Assembly: GCA_021414205.1 (NCBI GenBank)
Contig: JAIOOW010000002.1
Location: 89,520-153,519, forward strand
Direction of reading: 5' to 3'
Source: Candidatus Anderseniibacteriota bacterium
GTDB lineage: Bacteria; Patescibacteriota; Andersenbacteria; UBA10190
DNA: 64,000 bases
The number at the start of each line of letters is the position of its first letter. Position 1 is the first letter of the stretch. Both the position numbers and the translations under genes were made by a program. Below are positions 28,794 through 39,052 of this stretch, piece by piece. A model generated the notes under the pieces. It saw nothing but the letters and a program-made list of their open reading frames with translations. It had not been told where the DNA came from and searched no databases.

Positions 28794-30082
28794 AGGAATC
28801 CTTCGTATTCACGCATTGTAAGCTGGGATTCGATTTGTTTCATCGTCTCCAGCACAACAGAGACAACGATCAGTAGCGCAGTTCCTCCAATCGTAAGCGT
28901 TCGAAGGCCGGTAAATGCCTGCACAATTAATGGCAACACGGCAATTGCCCCTAAGAAGATTGCACCAGCTAACGTAATCCTTCGCACCACATATTCTAAA
29001 TAATTTTTCGTTTGCTTGCCTGGGCGAATACCAGGAATAAATCCGCCCTGCTTCTGCACATTTTCAGCAATTTGATCCGGATCGAACGTAACCGACGTAT
29101 AAAAATATGTAAACAATACTACGAGAATAAAGTAGAAAATTCCGTAGAACCATTGATTTTGAAACAACGAAACAACGTATTGAGCAGCAGCGGCAACTTT
29201 CGCATTGCTTGCTGCCACGAAGAAGTTCGCCACAATTCCGGGAAATAGCATAATGGAAAGCGCAAAGATGATTGGCATCACCCCTGCCTGGTTCACGCGA
29301 AGCGGTAAGTGAGTAGATGTTCCTCCGAGCATTCTATTTCCGCGAACCTGTTTTGCATAATTCACCGGAATAGACCGCTGACCTTCTGTAATCACTACAA
29401 CACCTGCGATAACAACAAGGGAAACAAGCGCGAATGCTCCATACGTAAACAACTGATCAGGAGTCCACGTTGATATAAGCTGCGTAATCGCGCCAGGCAA
29501 TCTACTAATAATACCCACGAAAATAATAATGGAAATTCCATTACCGAATCCTTGCTTAGAAATAAGCTCACCAATCCACATTAAGAAAATCGTACCCGCA
29601 GCAAGCGCAACGAGCGTCAGCACCATTTCGTATGGCGTAAACGTCAGGCTTGCAACGCCAGGAGTTCCGCTATGAGTAAGCAAGTTTAAAAATCCAAACC
29701 CCTGAAGAGCAGAAAATGGCACCGCAAGCATGCGTGTCCATTGGTTAATCTTTCGTCGGCCAGCCTCCCCTTCTTCTTTCTGCATCTCTTCCAATCTTGG
29801 AAAAATCATCGTTGATAATTGAATGACAATAGATGCTGTAATATAGGGCCCGAGTCCAAGCATTACTATTGAAAGGCGAGACAATCCTCCACCGGAAAAG
29901 ATGTCTAACAATCCGAACAATTGATTGCCTTGAAATAATTGCGCCAAGCTTTCCTTAGGCACTCCCGGAACAGGAATAACGGCAGCTATTCGAAATACGA
30001 GAATAAGCCACAATACAATAAGCAACTTCTTCCGAAGCTCCGGAATTCGTACGATCGCCGTAAATCGCGATAAGTCAATCAC
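28790..30082 (-). CDS. secY: Preprotein translocase SecY
   Basis: 430 aa, 10 TM; GLGPYITASIV motif. Confidence 0.9.
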   Translation of the reverse strand: MIDLSRFTAIVRIPELRKKLLIVLWLILVFRIAAVIPVPGVPKESLAQLFQGNQLFGLLDIFSGGGLSRLSIVMLGLGPYITASIVIQLSTMIFPRLEEMQKEEGEAGRRKINQWTRMLAVPFSALQGFGFLNLLTHSGTPGVASLTFTPYEMVLTLVALAAGTIFLMWIGELISKQGFGNGISIIIFVGIISRLPGAITQLISTWTPDQLFTYGAFALVSLVVIAGVVVITEGQRSIPVNYAKQVRGNRMLGGTSTHLPLRVNQAGVMPIIFALSIMLFPGIVANFFVAASNAKVAAAAQYVVSLFQNQWFYGIFYFILVVLFTYFYTSVTFDPDQIAENVQKQGGFIPGIRPGKQTKNYLEYVVRRITLAGAIFLGAIAVLPLIVQAFTGLRTLTIGGTALLIVVSVVLETMKQIESQLTMREYEGFL

Positions 30083-30534
30083 GCCGTTTTTCGTTCAATC
30101 AGTTCTATTGTTCCGCCATTTTTTTCAACAACAGCCCGCGCTCCTGGCGTGCATGCATGAACTCGAACAGTATACTTGCCTTTCAATTCTCCATTTCCGA
30201 TAAGCTTTACGAGATCGGTTCTCTTTGGAACATATCCGCGCTTATGGAGTTGGCCTGGTCCTACAATGCTTCCATCCTCAAATGCTCGAAGTACCCCTAA
30301 TGTAATCGCAATCGGTTTCTTAACCTGAGAAGGATTGATCTGCTTAACACCTCGACCCTTTGGAAAACGCATGTACAGTGGAGTTTGTCCGCCTTCAAAT
30401 CCTTTTTTCGCGCTATATCCAGCACGAGACTTTTGGCCTTTTTGCCCACGACCAGACTTGCCACCATTACGGCCATGTCCTCGGCCTAGGCGATTCTTTT
30501 TCTTTGTTATAGCTGGAAGTGTAAATACTGACAT
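30079..30534 (-). CDS. rplO: Ribosomal protein L15
   Basis: LGRGHGRNGGKSGRGQKGQKSR. Confidence 0.9.
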   Translation of the reverse strand: MSVFTLPAITKKKNRLGRGHGRNGGKSGRGQKGQKSRAGYSAKKGFEGGQTPLYMRFPKGRGVKQINPSQVKKPIAITLGVLRAFEDGSIVGPGQLHKRGYVPKRTDLVKLIGNGELKGKYTVRVHACTPGARAVVEKNGGTIELIERKTA

Positions 30535-30543
30535 ATGATTATA

Positions 30544-31008
30544 TTATACTAGCTCTTGAAAAGCCTTGATAGTTGCTCGCGCATTGCTGATTCTATTCGA
30601 AGAACCGTATCGCTTAGATACCAAGTCGCGAATTCCAACAAGGTCAGCAACTGTTCGAATAATACCGCCTGCAATAACTCCCGTTCCAGGACGAGCTGGT
30701 TTTAATAAAACTTTTGCTCCTTTAAACTTTGCGACTACCTCATGTTTGATCGTACCATCGACAACAGGGATTGTTACAACTCTCTTCATCGCACGAGCCT
30801 GCGCCTTTTGGATTGCCTGCTGAACGTCTCGACTCTTACTAATCCCAAGCCCGATCTTGCCCTGCCTATCTCCAACAACTACCGTTGCACGGAATCTGAA
30901 TCTGCGACCACCCTTTACTACGCGCACGACGCGAGAAATCTCTAACACTTCGTGTCCGAATTGGTTGTCATCAAGTTGTCCTGGTGTAAACGCCATAATG
31001 TAATTCAA
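30544..31008 (-). CDS. rpsE: Ribosomal protein S5 (likely start at MAFTPG, 30996)
   Basis: RVVKGGRRFRFRATVVVGD; directly abuts rplO with no L30 gene between. Confidence 0.9.
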   Translation of the reverse strand: MNYIMAFTPGQLDDNQFGHEVLEISRVVRVVKGGRRFRFRATVVVGDRQGKIGLGISKSRDVQQAIQKAQARAMKRVVTIPVVDGTIKHEVVAKFKGAKVLLKPARPGTGVIAGGIIRTVADLVGIRDLVSKRYGSSNRISNARATIKAFQELV

Positions 31009-31010
31009 TA

Positions 31011-31346
31011 TTAAAACTTGAGTCCGCCTTCTCGCATTGCCTCAGCCAATGCCTTAACTCGCCCGTGGTATCGATATCCACCTCGATCAAAGACAATAAC
31101 GGAAATGCCTTTTTCTTGGGCAGATTTTGCTAAATCTAGTCCTAGCTGCGTAGCAATTGCCGTCTTATTTGTTTTGCCATCAGCAATCTTTCGCGCAGAT
31201 ACAAGCGTCACACCCTTTGCATCGTCAATAATCTGCACTTCAAGCCCTTTAATGCTTCGATATACACATGCTCGAGGACGAGCAGCAGTTCCAACCATTC
31301 GTGATCGGATTTTGCCATGTCTTCGGTTTCTTCGTAGGTGATTCAT
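31011..31346 (-). CDS. rplR: Ribosomal protein L18
   Basis: Sequence and operon position. Confidence 0.85.
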   Translation of the reverse strand: MNHLRRNRRHGKIRSRMVGTAARPRACVYRSIKGLEVQIIDDAKGVTLVSARKIADGKTNKTAIATQLGLDLAKSAQEKGISVIVFDRGGYRYHGRVKALAEAMREGGLKF

Positions 31347-31358
31347 AGTAATTATGTA

Positions 31359-31901
31359 TTATGCTGCAGAACCTACAATTTTACCAACTTTTCTGCGAAC
31401 ATGTTCGCCAACATATCGGATACCCTTGCCCTTATATGGTTCTGGCGGTCGAACTTTTCGAATGTCCGCTGCAATCTGCCCAACCATATATGCATCAAAC
31501 CCTTCAACGGTAACGATTTCTTTTTCCACAGCAAATGTAACCCCTTCAGGCGCCTCGACAATAACCGGATGAGAATATCCAACAAGCAACTGAAGATTCT
31601 TGCCCTGCATGGATGCGCGGTACCCTACTCCTTGTAATTCTAGCTGTTTCTTAAACCCAGTAGAGACACCCTCTACTGCATTAGATAAAATTGCTCGCAT
31701 TGTTCCCCATAGCGCTGAAGATTTCTTCGTTTTTCGCGCAATAGAACACGTAAGGACATTATCTTGAACAGCAACACCGATAACGGAGTGCACCGGTACA
31801 GTAATTTCACCCTTAGGTCCTTTCACAGTAACGTCAGCACCATTAATCGTGACAGTTACGCCAGCGGGGATTACTATTTCTTTTTTACCAATTCGTGACA
31901 T
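31359..31901 (-). CDS. rplF: Ribosomal protein L6
   Basis: Two-domain L6 signature; operon position. Confidence 0.85.
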   Translation of the reverse strand: MSRIGKKEIVIPAGVTVTINGADVTVKGPKGEITVPVHSVIGVAVQDNVLTCSIARKTKKSSALWGTMRAILSNAVEGVSTGFKKQLELQGVGYRASMQGKNLQLLVGYSHPVIVEAPEGVTFAVEKEIVTVEGFDAYMVGQIAADIRKVRPPEPYKGKGIRYVGEHVRRKVGKIVGSAA

Positions 31902-31907
31902 AGGAGA

Positions 31908-32294
31908 TTACCAAATAGCGCAAATAAGTTCTCCGCCCACTTTCTTACCTCGAGCATGCTTTTCATCCATAAGCCCCTCAGAAGTAGACACGATGATCAT
32001 GCCGTTATCTTGCTGAGAATATGGCAGATTATCAGAACCTACATACACTCGTCGCCCTGGCTTACTAATTCTCTTTGCGCCAGCAATCTTTGGCGTTTCA
32101 TCATCTTCGTATGCAAGAGAAACAACTAGTTTTGCAATTGGTGTTTCCTGAAGTCGAACATCGCCAATCAAGTTCTCTTTCTTAAGAAAATCTAGAAAAT
32201 TCTTTGCAAATTTTGAATACGGCACAGCCACGCGTTCTTTACCAACACGCTGTCCGTTTAATAGTATTGTTAAAATGTTTGCTACAGAGTCCAT
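31908..32294 (-). CDS. rpsH: Ribosomal protein S8
   Basis: Operon position; 128 aa. Confidence 0.85.
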   Translation of the reverse strand: MDSVANILTILLNGQRVGKERVAVPYSKFAKNFLDFLKKENLIGDVRLQETPIAKLVVSLAYEDDETPKIAGAKRISKPGRRVYVGSDNLPYSQQDNGMIIVSTSEGLMDEKHARGKKVGGELICAIW

Positions 32295-32304
32295 AATCGT
32301 AAAA

Positions 32305-32490
32305 TTACCAAGATGATTTTCTAATTCCAGGAACTACCCCAGCCTCCGCTTGTTCTCGGAAGCAAATACGGCACATTCCAAAATCCCCCATGTATCCGCG
32401 AGGGCGTCCGCAGAGCTTGCATCGATTTCGAACACGGGTCGAAAATTTCGCCGGTCTCTTGCTCTTTGCAATGGATGATGTTTTTGCCAT
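32305..32490 (-). CDS. rpsZ: Ribosomal protein S14, type Z (zinc-binding)
   Basis: 61 aa, CKLCGRP...CRIC. Confidence 0.9.
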   Translation of the reverse strand: MAKTSSIAKSKRPAKFSTRVRNRCKLCGRPRGYMGDFGMCRICFREQAEAGVVPGIRKSSW

Positions 32491-32521
32491 AGGTCGTTAG
32501 ATAGTGAGAATACTGTATTTG

Positions 32522-33079
32522 TTATTTTTCATCAAGTTCATCTACTCCGCGGAACGGGAATCCGAGGGCTCGAAGCATCTGTTCTGCCGTTTGATTATCT
32601 TTCGCCGTACTTACAAATGTAATACCTACGCCGAAGATAACGTCTGTTTTATCAGCATGAATTTCCGGGAACGCAAGCTGTTCCGTAAGACCAATGCTCG
32701 CATTTCCATATCCATCCAATACTTTCAATGAAAGTCCTCGGAAATCACGAACTCGAGGAAGAGTAACGTCGACAAATCGAGTAATAAAGTCTTCCATACG
32801 CTTTCCGCGAAGTGTAACACTGTATCCAACAAGATTGCCCTCTCGAACGTTGAATCCTGCGATAGATTTCTTTGCGTGAGTTTCTTTTGGCTTTTGACCG
32901 GTAATAGCAGCCAAGTCTTTTTGAATAGCTTCAACGTATTGTTTATTGTCTCGATTCTTTCCAACACCAACAGTCACCATTACTTTCGTAATACGGGGAA
33001 CTGCATGAATATTTTCAATCTTCATCGCTTCAGCAAGCTTTTTTGTTGTAGGGGTAATAACGGGCATAGGATTATTCAA
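32522..33079 (-). CDS. rplE: Ribosomal protein L5
   Basis: Operon position; 185 aa. Confidence 0.85.
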   Translation of the reverse strand: MNNPMPVITPTTKKLAEAMKIENIHAVPRITKVMVTVGVGKNRDNKQYVEAIQKDLAAITGQKPKETHAKKSIAGFNVREGNLVGYSVTLRGKRMEDFITRFVDVTLPRVRDFRGLSLKVLDGYGNASIGLTEQLAFPEIHADKTDVIFGVGITFVSTAKDNQTAEQMLRALGFPFRGVDELDEK

Positions 33080-33407
33080 TTACTGCATTACATTGCTTGC
33101 ACGTGCGCTGGCGAACGCCGTTTTCTCGAGTGATAGAAACCTTTGTTCCTTTTTTGCATGCTGCGCAAATAACTTGAACATTCGCAAGAGGAATAGGAGC
33201 AGAAATGCTTACGCGTTGGCCCTTCTGGCCTGACTGACGAGGCTTCACATGCTTAAACACGGTATTGAGCCCTTCAATAACAACACGATCTTCTTGCGGA
33301 AGAACAGCAACAACTTTTGCCTTCTTGCCAGCATCTTTTCCGCGAAGAACGCGAACGGTATCGCCTGTTTTAATTTTTGGAGTAATCATAGTCATAGGGT
33401 TTACCAA
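33072..33407 (-). CDS. rplX: Ribosomal protein L24 with C-terminal CxxC...CxxC zinc ribbon
   Basis: KOW motif [18 protein letters not shown]; C-terminus CAACKKG...CKQC. Confidence 0.85.
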   Translation of the reverse strand: MVNPMTMITPKIKTGDTVRVLRGKDAGKKAKVVAVLPQEDRVVIEGLNTVFKHVKPRQSGQKGQRVSISAPIPLANVQVICAACKKGTKVSITRENGVRQRTCKQCNAVIE

Positions 33408-33772
33408 ACTTCAGAAGCTAGTGAAACAATCTTTTGAAAACCTCGCGCTCGAAGCTCTCGAGCAATTGGCCCGAATACGCGAGTTCCGATCGGTTCTTTT
33501 GATTCTTTATTAACAATCACGGCTGCATTGTCATCGAACCGAATAGCAGTACCGTCTGGGCGCTTGTGCTCCTTGCGCACACGAACAATCACTGCGCGAA
33601 CAATATCACCTTTCTTTACAGAGGCGCGAGGTTCTGCAACCTTAACTGCAGCAACAACCACGTCTCCAATATATGCATACCGTCGATTTGTGGATCCCAA
33701 AATACGGATGACCTTAATCATCTTTCCGCCGGAATTGTCCGCAACTACTAATTTAGCTTCTTCCTGAATCAT
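33401..33772 (-). CDS. rplN: Ribosomal protein L14
   Basis: [17 protein letters not shown]. Confidence 0.9.
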   Translation of the reverse strand: MIQEEAKLVVADNSGGKMIKVIRILGSTNRRYAYIGDVVVAAVKVAEPRASVKKGDIVRAVIVRVRKEHKRPDGTAIRFDDNAAVIVNKESKEPIGTRVFGPIARELRARGFQKIVSLASEVW

Positions 33773-34035
33773 ACCGTTTTCTTAATTACTACCCAACGTT
33801 TGCGCTTTGAAAGCGGTCGGGATTCTTCAATTAACACTGCATCTCCAACAGTAATCTCGTTGCTTTCATCGTGAGCCAAATATCTGCTCGTTCGATTCAT
33901 ACGCTTTCCGTAGAGTGGATGAGCCACTACGCGAACGATTTCAACAGAAACTGTCTTTGCCCCAGACTTGCGCACCACAGTACCCGAAAGCTGTCGCTTT
34001 CTTGTGCCTTCCTGTGTTGTATCTGGAGTACTCAT
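33769..34035 (-). CDS. rpsQ: Ribosomal protein S17
   Basis: 88 aa; operon position. Confidence 0.85.
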   Translation of the reverse strand: MSTPDTTQEGTRKRQLSGTVVRKSGAKTVSVEIVRVVAHPLYGKRMNRTSRYLAHDESNEITVGDAVLIEESRPLSKRKRWVVIKKTV

Positions 34036-34073
34036 AAGAAATTACTATGAATGAATAAGTGTAAAAACGCAAG

Positions 34074-34265
34074 CTATTTAGCTTCTTTTGCCTTAATTGC
34101 CGTAAAAATTCGAGCAACATCCCCTCGAAGACCTTTGAGCTGTGCAAAATTCTTCTCTTTCCCCGTGGCAACGTTCTGCGCCATAGCGAACAGCTCTTGG
34201 CGAGCGTTCGTCAATTTTACAGATAATTCCTCGAAAGATAGTTGTGCGAGTTCTTGCATGTTCAT
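34074..34265 (-). CDS. rpmC: Ribosomal protein L29
   Basis: 63 aa; MNMQELAQLSFEEL. Confidence 0.85.
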   Translation of the reverse strand: MNMQELAQLSFEELSVKLTNARQELFAMAQNVATGKEKNFAQLKGLRGDVARIFTAIKAKEAK

Positions 34266-34269
34266 AGTC

Positions 34270-34680
34270 TTAAATCTTCTTTACAAACTTGGTTTTAATA
34301 GAAAGCTTCTGAGCTGCTAGGCGAAGCCCTTCGCGAGCCGTTGCTTCGTCCATTCCGTCTACTTCGAATACGATACGTCCTCGACGAACGACTGCCACGA
34401 AGTGATCAACGGACCCCTTTCCTTTTCCCATCGGAGTTTCTGCACCCTTTTGAGTAATAGGCTTATCCGGGAACACGCGAATCCATACTTTTCCGCTTCG
34501 CTTTGCATGGCGAGTAACAGCGCGGCGAGCAGCTTCTAGCTGGCGCGCAGAAATCCATCGGCTTTCCATCGCTTTCAACCCATACTGTCCGAAATCAACA
34601 GAAAGAGAACCTTTGGAAGCTCCGCGAACGGACCCCTTTTGGTGCTTTCGATGTTTTACTTTTCGAGGAATAAATGCCAT
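34270..34680 (-). CDS. rplP: Ribosomal protein L16
   Basis: [12 protein letters not shown]. Confidence 0.9.
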   Translation of the reverse strand: MAFIPRKVKHRKHQKGSVRGASKGSLSVDFGQYGLKAMESRWISARQLEAARRAVTRHAKRSGKVWIRVFPDKPITQKGAETPMGKGKGSVDHFVAVVRRGRIVFEVDGMDEATAREGLRLAAQKLSIKTKFVKKI

Positions 34681-34690
34681 ATCAGTTCAA

Positions 34691-35431
34691 TTATTTCTTC
34701 ACCTTATCAGCCAAAGACGGACGAGTGCGTCGAGGCACAGCCTTTTCTTTCACTGGCGCACCGATAGCCTCTCCTGGCTTATCAGTATTTTCCGTTTCAT
34801 ACTCACCTCTGTTAATCCACACCTTTACTCCGATTGTTCCGAATGTGGTAAATGCTGTTTTTGTAGCATATGAAATATCTGCTCTGAATGTGTGCAATGG
34901 AACATTTCCATCTGCAAGCCATTCTCTACGAGCGATATCAGCACCATTAAGGCGTCCAGCAATCGCGATACGCACTCCGCGCGCACCTGCCTGCATAGAA
35001 CGCTGCACAGATTGCTTCAACACTCTCCTATAGGGCATACGTCGCTCAATCTGATCAACTACTTGAGTTGCAACAGCAGTTGCGTCAGTGTCCGGATTTC
35101 GAACCTCTTGAACGTTAATGCGTACACGGATCTCGTTACCCAAAAACTTCTTCAAATCTTTTTGAATTTTTTCGATTCCGCTTCCGCCTCGGCCGATTAC
35201 CATTGCAGGACGAGACGTGTGCACGGTAAGAGCAATTTCCTTTGCTTGTCGCACAACTTCAACTCGAGAAATAGATGCTGATCGCAAGCTTTTCTTTAAA
35301 TACGTTCGGATCTTAACATCCTGAATCAAGTTCGTACTGAAATCTTTTGGATTATCTGAAAACCACTTCGCATCCCAGTTATGGAGAATGTTACCGATTC
35401 GTAATATATTTGGATTTGTTTTTCGTCCCAT
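34691..35431 (-). CDS. rpsC: Ribosomal protein S3
   Basis: KH domain and S3 C-terminal domain; 246 aa. Confidence 0.9.
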   Translation of the reverse strand: MGRKTNPNILRIGNILHNWDAKWFSDNPKDFSTNLIQDVKIRTYLKKSLRSASISRVEVVRQAKEIALTVHTSRPAMVIGRGGSGIEKIQKDLKKFLGNEIRVRINVQEVRNPDTDATAVATQVVDQIERRMPYRRVLKQSVQRSMQAGARGVRIAIAGRLNGADIARREWLADGNVPLHTFRADISYATKTAFTTFGTIGVKVWINRGEYETENTDKPGEAIGAPVKEKAVPRRTRPSLADKVKK

Positions 35432-35453
35432 AGGAAATTATATAGTCTAGATA

Positions 35454-36044
35454 TTATCCAATACTCTTTCTGCGATGTGTCTTCTTGTCCCCACCCTTTT
35501 GATTCATTTTAATCTTACCTGATGCTAACTGCTTTTTGTCTTGAATAGTTTCAACACTGCGTTCTTCCGTCGCATCATGTTTATGTAAATGCTCCTCAGA
35601 AACCACTTGCTCTTCTTCCTGCTCCTTCTGCTGGGATTGCATAAATTCATTTGCAGAAACAGTCTTAATAGATTCAGCTTTCTTGGCTTTCTTCGTGTCT
35701 GCTTTTACAACAGCGTCGCCCTCTACTACAACCGTAACATGAGCAGTGCGCTTTAAAATGGCATGAGCCATACCCTTGGAAACAGGGTTGAATCGCTTCA
35801 TTACCAATCCTTGATTAATAAGAACGCTAGAAATTTTCAAACTGTTCTTATCAAGTTCGTGCGTATTTACAGCATTCGCAACAGCGCTTTTTACTACATG
35901 CAATAAAATTTCAGGAGCTTTGCCTGTAGCAAACATAAGCTGGCTGATTGCCCTATCTGATGCCATTCCTTGAACCAACCGTGCGTATGGACGGATTTTT
36001 CGAGGAGACATTCGAGCGTGTTTTTGTGTAGCAGAAACTTTCAT
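35454..36044 (-). CDS. rplV: Ribosomal protein L22 with ~85 aa charged C-terminal extension
   Basis: L22 core in the first ~110 aa; 196 aa total. Confidence 0.85.
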   Translation of the reverse strand: MKVSATQKHARMSPRKIRPYARLVQGMASDRAISQLMFATGKAPEILLHVVKSAVANAVNTHELDKNSLKISSVLINQGLVMKRFNPVSKGMAHAILKRTAHVTVVVEGDAVVKADTKKAKKAESIKTVSANEFMQSQQKEQEEEQVVSEEHLHKHDATEERSVETIQDKKQLASGKIKMNQKGGDKKTHRRKSIG

Positions 36045-36050
36045 AGGAGA

Positions 36051-36362
36051 TTATTTCTTAGCAGCTGCTGAAGCTGCCTTAGGAGCAGATTCAACTTCCT
36101 TTTGAAGCTTTCCACCATGTCGAACAAATTTTCGAGTCATTGAAAATTCTCCGAGCTTATGACCAACCATATCCTCAGTGATCATTACCGGAATATGTTC
36201 TTTTCCATTATGCACGCCAAATCGAAAACCAACCATCTCCGGGAAAATAGTGGATCTGCGGCTCCATGTCTTAATAACAGTGCGGTCGCCCTGTTTCAAA
36301 TTCTTCACTTTTGCTAGCAAGTGAGCGTCAATGAATGGTCCTTTTTTAAGTGATCGTGACAT
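36051..36362 (-). CDS. rpsS: Ribosomal protein S19
   Basis: [12 protein letters not shown]. Confidence 0.9.
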   Translation of the reverse strand: MSRSLKKGPFIDAHLLAKVKNLKQGDRTVIKTWSRRSTIFPEMVGFRFGVHNGKEHIPVMITEDMVGHKLGEFSMTRKFVRHGGKLQKEVESAPKAASAAAKK

Positions 36363-36368
36363 AATAGG

Positions 36369-37211
36369 TTATTTTTTCTTCTTACTCTTTCTTCGTTCTA
36401 ATATAAATTGATTCGAATACCTGTTCGGCTTGCGAGTCTTAACTCCGTTCGCATGCTTTCCCCATTTCGTCTTTGGGTACTTCAATCCAATAGACTGAGC
36501 ACCTTCTCCACCTCCATGAGGATGGTCAACGGGGTTCATTACTTTTCCTCGTACGTTCGGACGCTTTCCAAGGCGACGATTTCGACCAGCTGAACCAATT
36601 GTTTGGAGACGCCAATCTGGATTGCTAACCGAGCCAATTGTGGCATAACATTCCTTAGAAATCAAGCGAACCTCTCCTGATGCCATCTTAATCTGAGCAT
36701 GATCACCCTGCACGTCCATCACCATTCCATATGATCCTGCGGATCGGAATAAGATTCCGCCTCGGCCAGGCATAATTTCTACATTGTGCACAGAAAGCCC
36801 TGGTGTTACGTTCTTTAATTGCATACGGTTACCGTCTTTTTCCGGGGTCTTTTCATCGGCAATCATCATAGATCCTTCAACGGCGCCTGCCCACGCAAGA
36901 ACGTATCTGCGCTCTCCATCCTTATACACAATGCGCGCAAGATATGCCGATCGGTTTGGATCGAATTCAACGTGCTCCACTCGCCCAGGAATGCCAAGCT
37001 TTTCTTGTCCAAAATCTACCATACGAACAGCTCGCTTCACTCCGCCTCCGCGATGTCGTGTCGTAATCTTTCCAGCACTTCCACGTCCGCTTGTAGCAGT
37101 CTTCTTTGTAAGCTTCGCCTTCATCGGCTCACCGCGATACAGATCCGTTCGGTCTACGATCGATGCTTTCTTACGAGCTCCGCGACTTGATTTGTAATGT
37201 TTAATAGGCAT
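36369..37211 (-). CDS. rplB: Ribosomal protein L2
   Basis: 280 aa; GGGEGAQSIGLKYPKTKWGK-like C-terminus. Confidence 0.9.
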   Translation of the reverse strand: MPIKHYKSSRGARKKASIVDRTDLYRGEPMKAKLTKKTATSGRGSAGKITTRHRGGGVKRAVRMVDFGQEKLGIPGRVEHVEFDPNRSAYLARIVYKDGERRYVLAWAGAVEGSMMIADEKTPEKDGNRMQLKNVTPGLSVHNVEIMPGRGGILFRSAGSYGMVMDVQGDHAQIKMASGEVRLISKECYATIGSVSNPDWRLQTIGSAGRNRRLGKRPNVRGKVMNPVDHPHGGGEGAQSIGLKYPKTKWGKHANGVKTRKPNRYSNQFILERRKSKKKK

Positions 37212-37214
37212 AGG

Positions 37215-37643
37215 TTATGCGTGAGATACAACAGCTTGAATATTATCAACTTTTACGTATGCCTTTTTGAACTTATTCGTAACACCTTCCGTAATCCCTC
37301 TTCGGCGAATACGAGGATGAGACAATGCGGTTCGTACAGCAAGTACATGAACGCCATATGTAGCTTCTACCACGCTCGTGATTTGAGACTTCGTAACATG
37401 CGGAAGCACTTTGAATACAGCAGTTCCTTGCGTCTGTTGCATAATGCCTTTTTCGGAAACGACTTCCGTAAGACCGATTAAGCCAGTAGATAGCGCATGA
37501 GTATCAACAGGTGCTTTCTTTTTCTTTGCAGAATCAGCAACTGATTTCAGTTTCTTGTTTCGTACGGGAGCTTTTTTAGCGTCTTTCCCGAGAATTCGTT
37601 TTGATAGTGTAAGAAGTGACATAGGGCCGGTTATATTGAGCAA
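37215..37643 (-). CDS. rplW: Ribosomal protein L23 with Lys-rich N-terminal extension
   Basis: L23 core in the C-terminal ~95 aa. Confidence 0.8.
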   Translation of the reverse strand: MLNITGPMSLLTLSKRILGKDAKKAPVRNKKLKSVADSAKKKKAPVDTHALSTGLIGLTEVVSEKGIMQQTQGTAVFKVLPHVTKSQITSVVEATYGVHVLAVRTALSHPRIRRRGITEGVTNKFKKAYVKVDNIQAVVSHA

Positions 37644-38269
37644 CGATTTTCAATGATAGGAAGAGCTGTTTCATCAACCCACACTTCATGAGCGGATACG
37701 ATATCAGACAACAGCACCTTGTGCGCATATCGAACATGCACTGTAGGCACGTTGCGCATTGCGCGCTCTACTTGCTTGTGAGACTCATCAAGAATGATCA
37801 AGAGCCCAGCTTTGCCAGCAATGTCTTTTGCAACATCTTTCGTCTTTACCGGCATATCCTTTGGCAATCGCATAATCATCATCGATTCATTCTTTACATG
37901 CATTGCAAGCACTCCTGAAAATGCGCGTCGTCGTTCCTTGAGCTGTGTTTTTCGAACAGTCGGCTTGATACTTCGTGGTCCAAATGTAATTCCACCGCCA
38001 ACCCAAATAGGAGATCGAGTTGATCCGTGTCGAGATCGTCCTGTTCCTTTTTGCTTCCACGGCTTTCGTCCTCCGCCTTGTACCTCAGAACGTTCTTTTG
38101 TGTGCGCCTTTCGAATACGCATTCGCTTGCTTGTAGTATGAATTGCTCGCGCAATTAATTCCGGAGTATCAACACCAATAATGTATGCAGGAATAGCAAC
38201 CGTGTCCTTAGAAGCTTTGGATCCAAGTTCTCGTACTGGCAACGTTTTTGTTGTAGTTTTGGTAGCCAT
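37631..38269 (-). CDS. rplD: Ribosomal protein L4
   Basis: 212 aa; operon position. Confidence 0.85.
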   Translation of the reverse strand: MATKTTTKTLPVRELGSKASKDTVAIPAYIIGVDTPELIARAIHTTSKRMRIRKAHTKERSEVQGGGRKPWKQKGTGRSRHGSTRSPIWVGGGITFGPRSIKPTVRKTQLKERRRAFSGVLAMHVKNESMMIMRLPKDMPVKTKDVAKDIAGKAGLLIILDESHKQVERAMRNVPTVHVRYAHKVLLSDIVSAHEVWVDETALPIIENRCSI

Positions 38270-38271
38270 AA

Positions 38272-38880
38272 TTATTTCGATTCAATACCACGGATAGAAA
38301 CGATGCTGCCGCGCGGCCCTGGCACTGCGCCTTTCACAGCAACAAGATTGTGCTCAGCATCAACCTGCACAATTTCCAAATTCTTTACGGTTACCTGATC
38401 AGCACCCATTCGGCCTGCCATGCGTCGTCCTTTTACTACGTGCTGCGGGAATCGACCTCCGATAGAACCTGGTCGGCGAAGTACGTGTCTATGACCGTGA
38501 GATGCTGGACCTCCTGCAAAATGATGACGCTTTACCACACCCTGATTTCCTTTTCCTTTTGAAACGCCAGTTACTTCGATTGCATCGCCTTGTGCAAATT
38601 GGTCAACACCAACAGATTCGATATCTGCAGGAAATTCTCCTTTAAATTCTTCTCGTTTTGCGAACACTTCTTTATATGCGTTCGGGGTTCGCTTCTCTCC
38701 AAGTTTCGCTCCCTCTTTCTTTGGGAGTGCTAATTGGACAGCAGCGTATCCATCTTTTTCTACTGTTCTGCGAATAGTAACGGTATTAGGAAGCGCGGAA
38801 ATTAGGGTAACAGGAATAACATCTCCTTCGGGAGAGAATACCTGAGACATGCCGATTTTTCGTCCTAGAAGCGCTTTCAT
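38272..38880 (-). CDS. rplC: Ribosomal protein L3
   Basis: MKALLGRKIGMSQVF. Confidence 0.9.
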   Translation of the reverse strand: MKALLGRKIGMSQVFSPEGDVIPVTLISALPNTVTIRRTVEKDGYAAVQLALPKKEGAKLGEKRTPNAYKEVFAKREEFKGEFPADIESVGVDQFAQGDAIEVTGVSKGKGNQGVVKRHHFAGGPASHGHRHVLRRPGSIGGRFPQHVVKGRRMAGRMGADQVTVKNLEIVQVDAEHNLVAVKGAVPGPRGSIVSIRGIESK

Positions 38881-38973
38881 AATGTGTTACTCGCATGGAG
38901 CTGAAAATAAAAAAGCTTATGTAATTAAAAGCTTATAAAACGACTTTCCCACACCTAAGCACGGGTATTTGTC

Positions 38974-39002
38974 AGGATAGAACATGCTCAGAAAAAAGTC
39001 AA
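38974..39002 (-). promoter_or_regulatory. Putative rplC-operon promoter (TTGACT-N17-TATCCT) ahead of a ~90 nt leader
   Basis: Correct spacing but weak -10; leader carries a 2x AUAAGCUUUU direct repeat. Confidence 0.3.
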
Positions 39003-39052
39003 AGAAAAAAGGGGTGAATTGGGCAAATCGCTGCACCAACCACCCATTGTAC

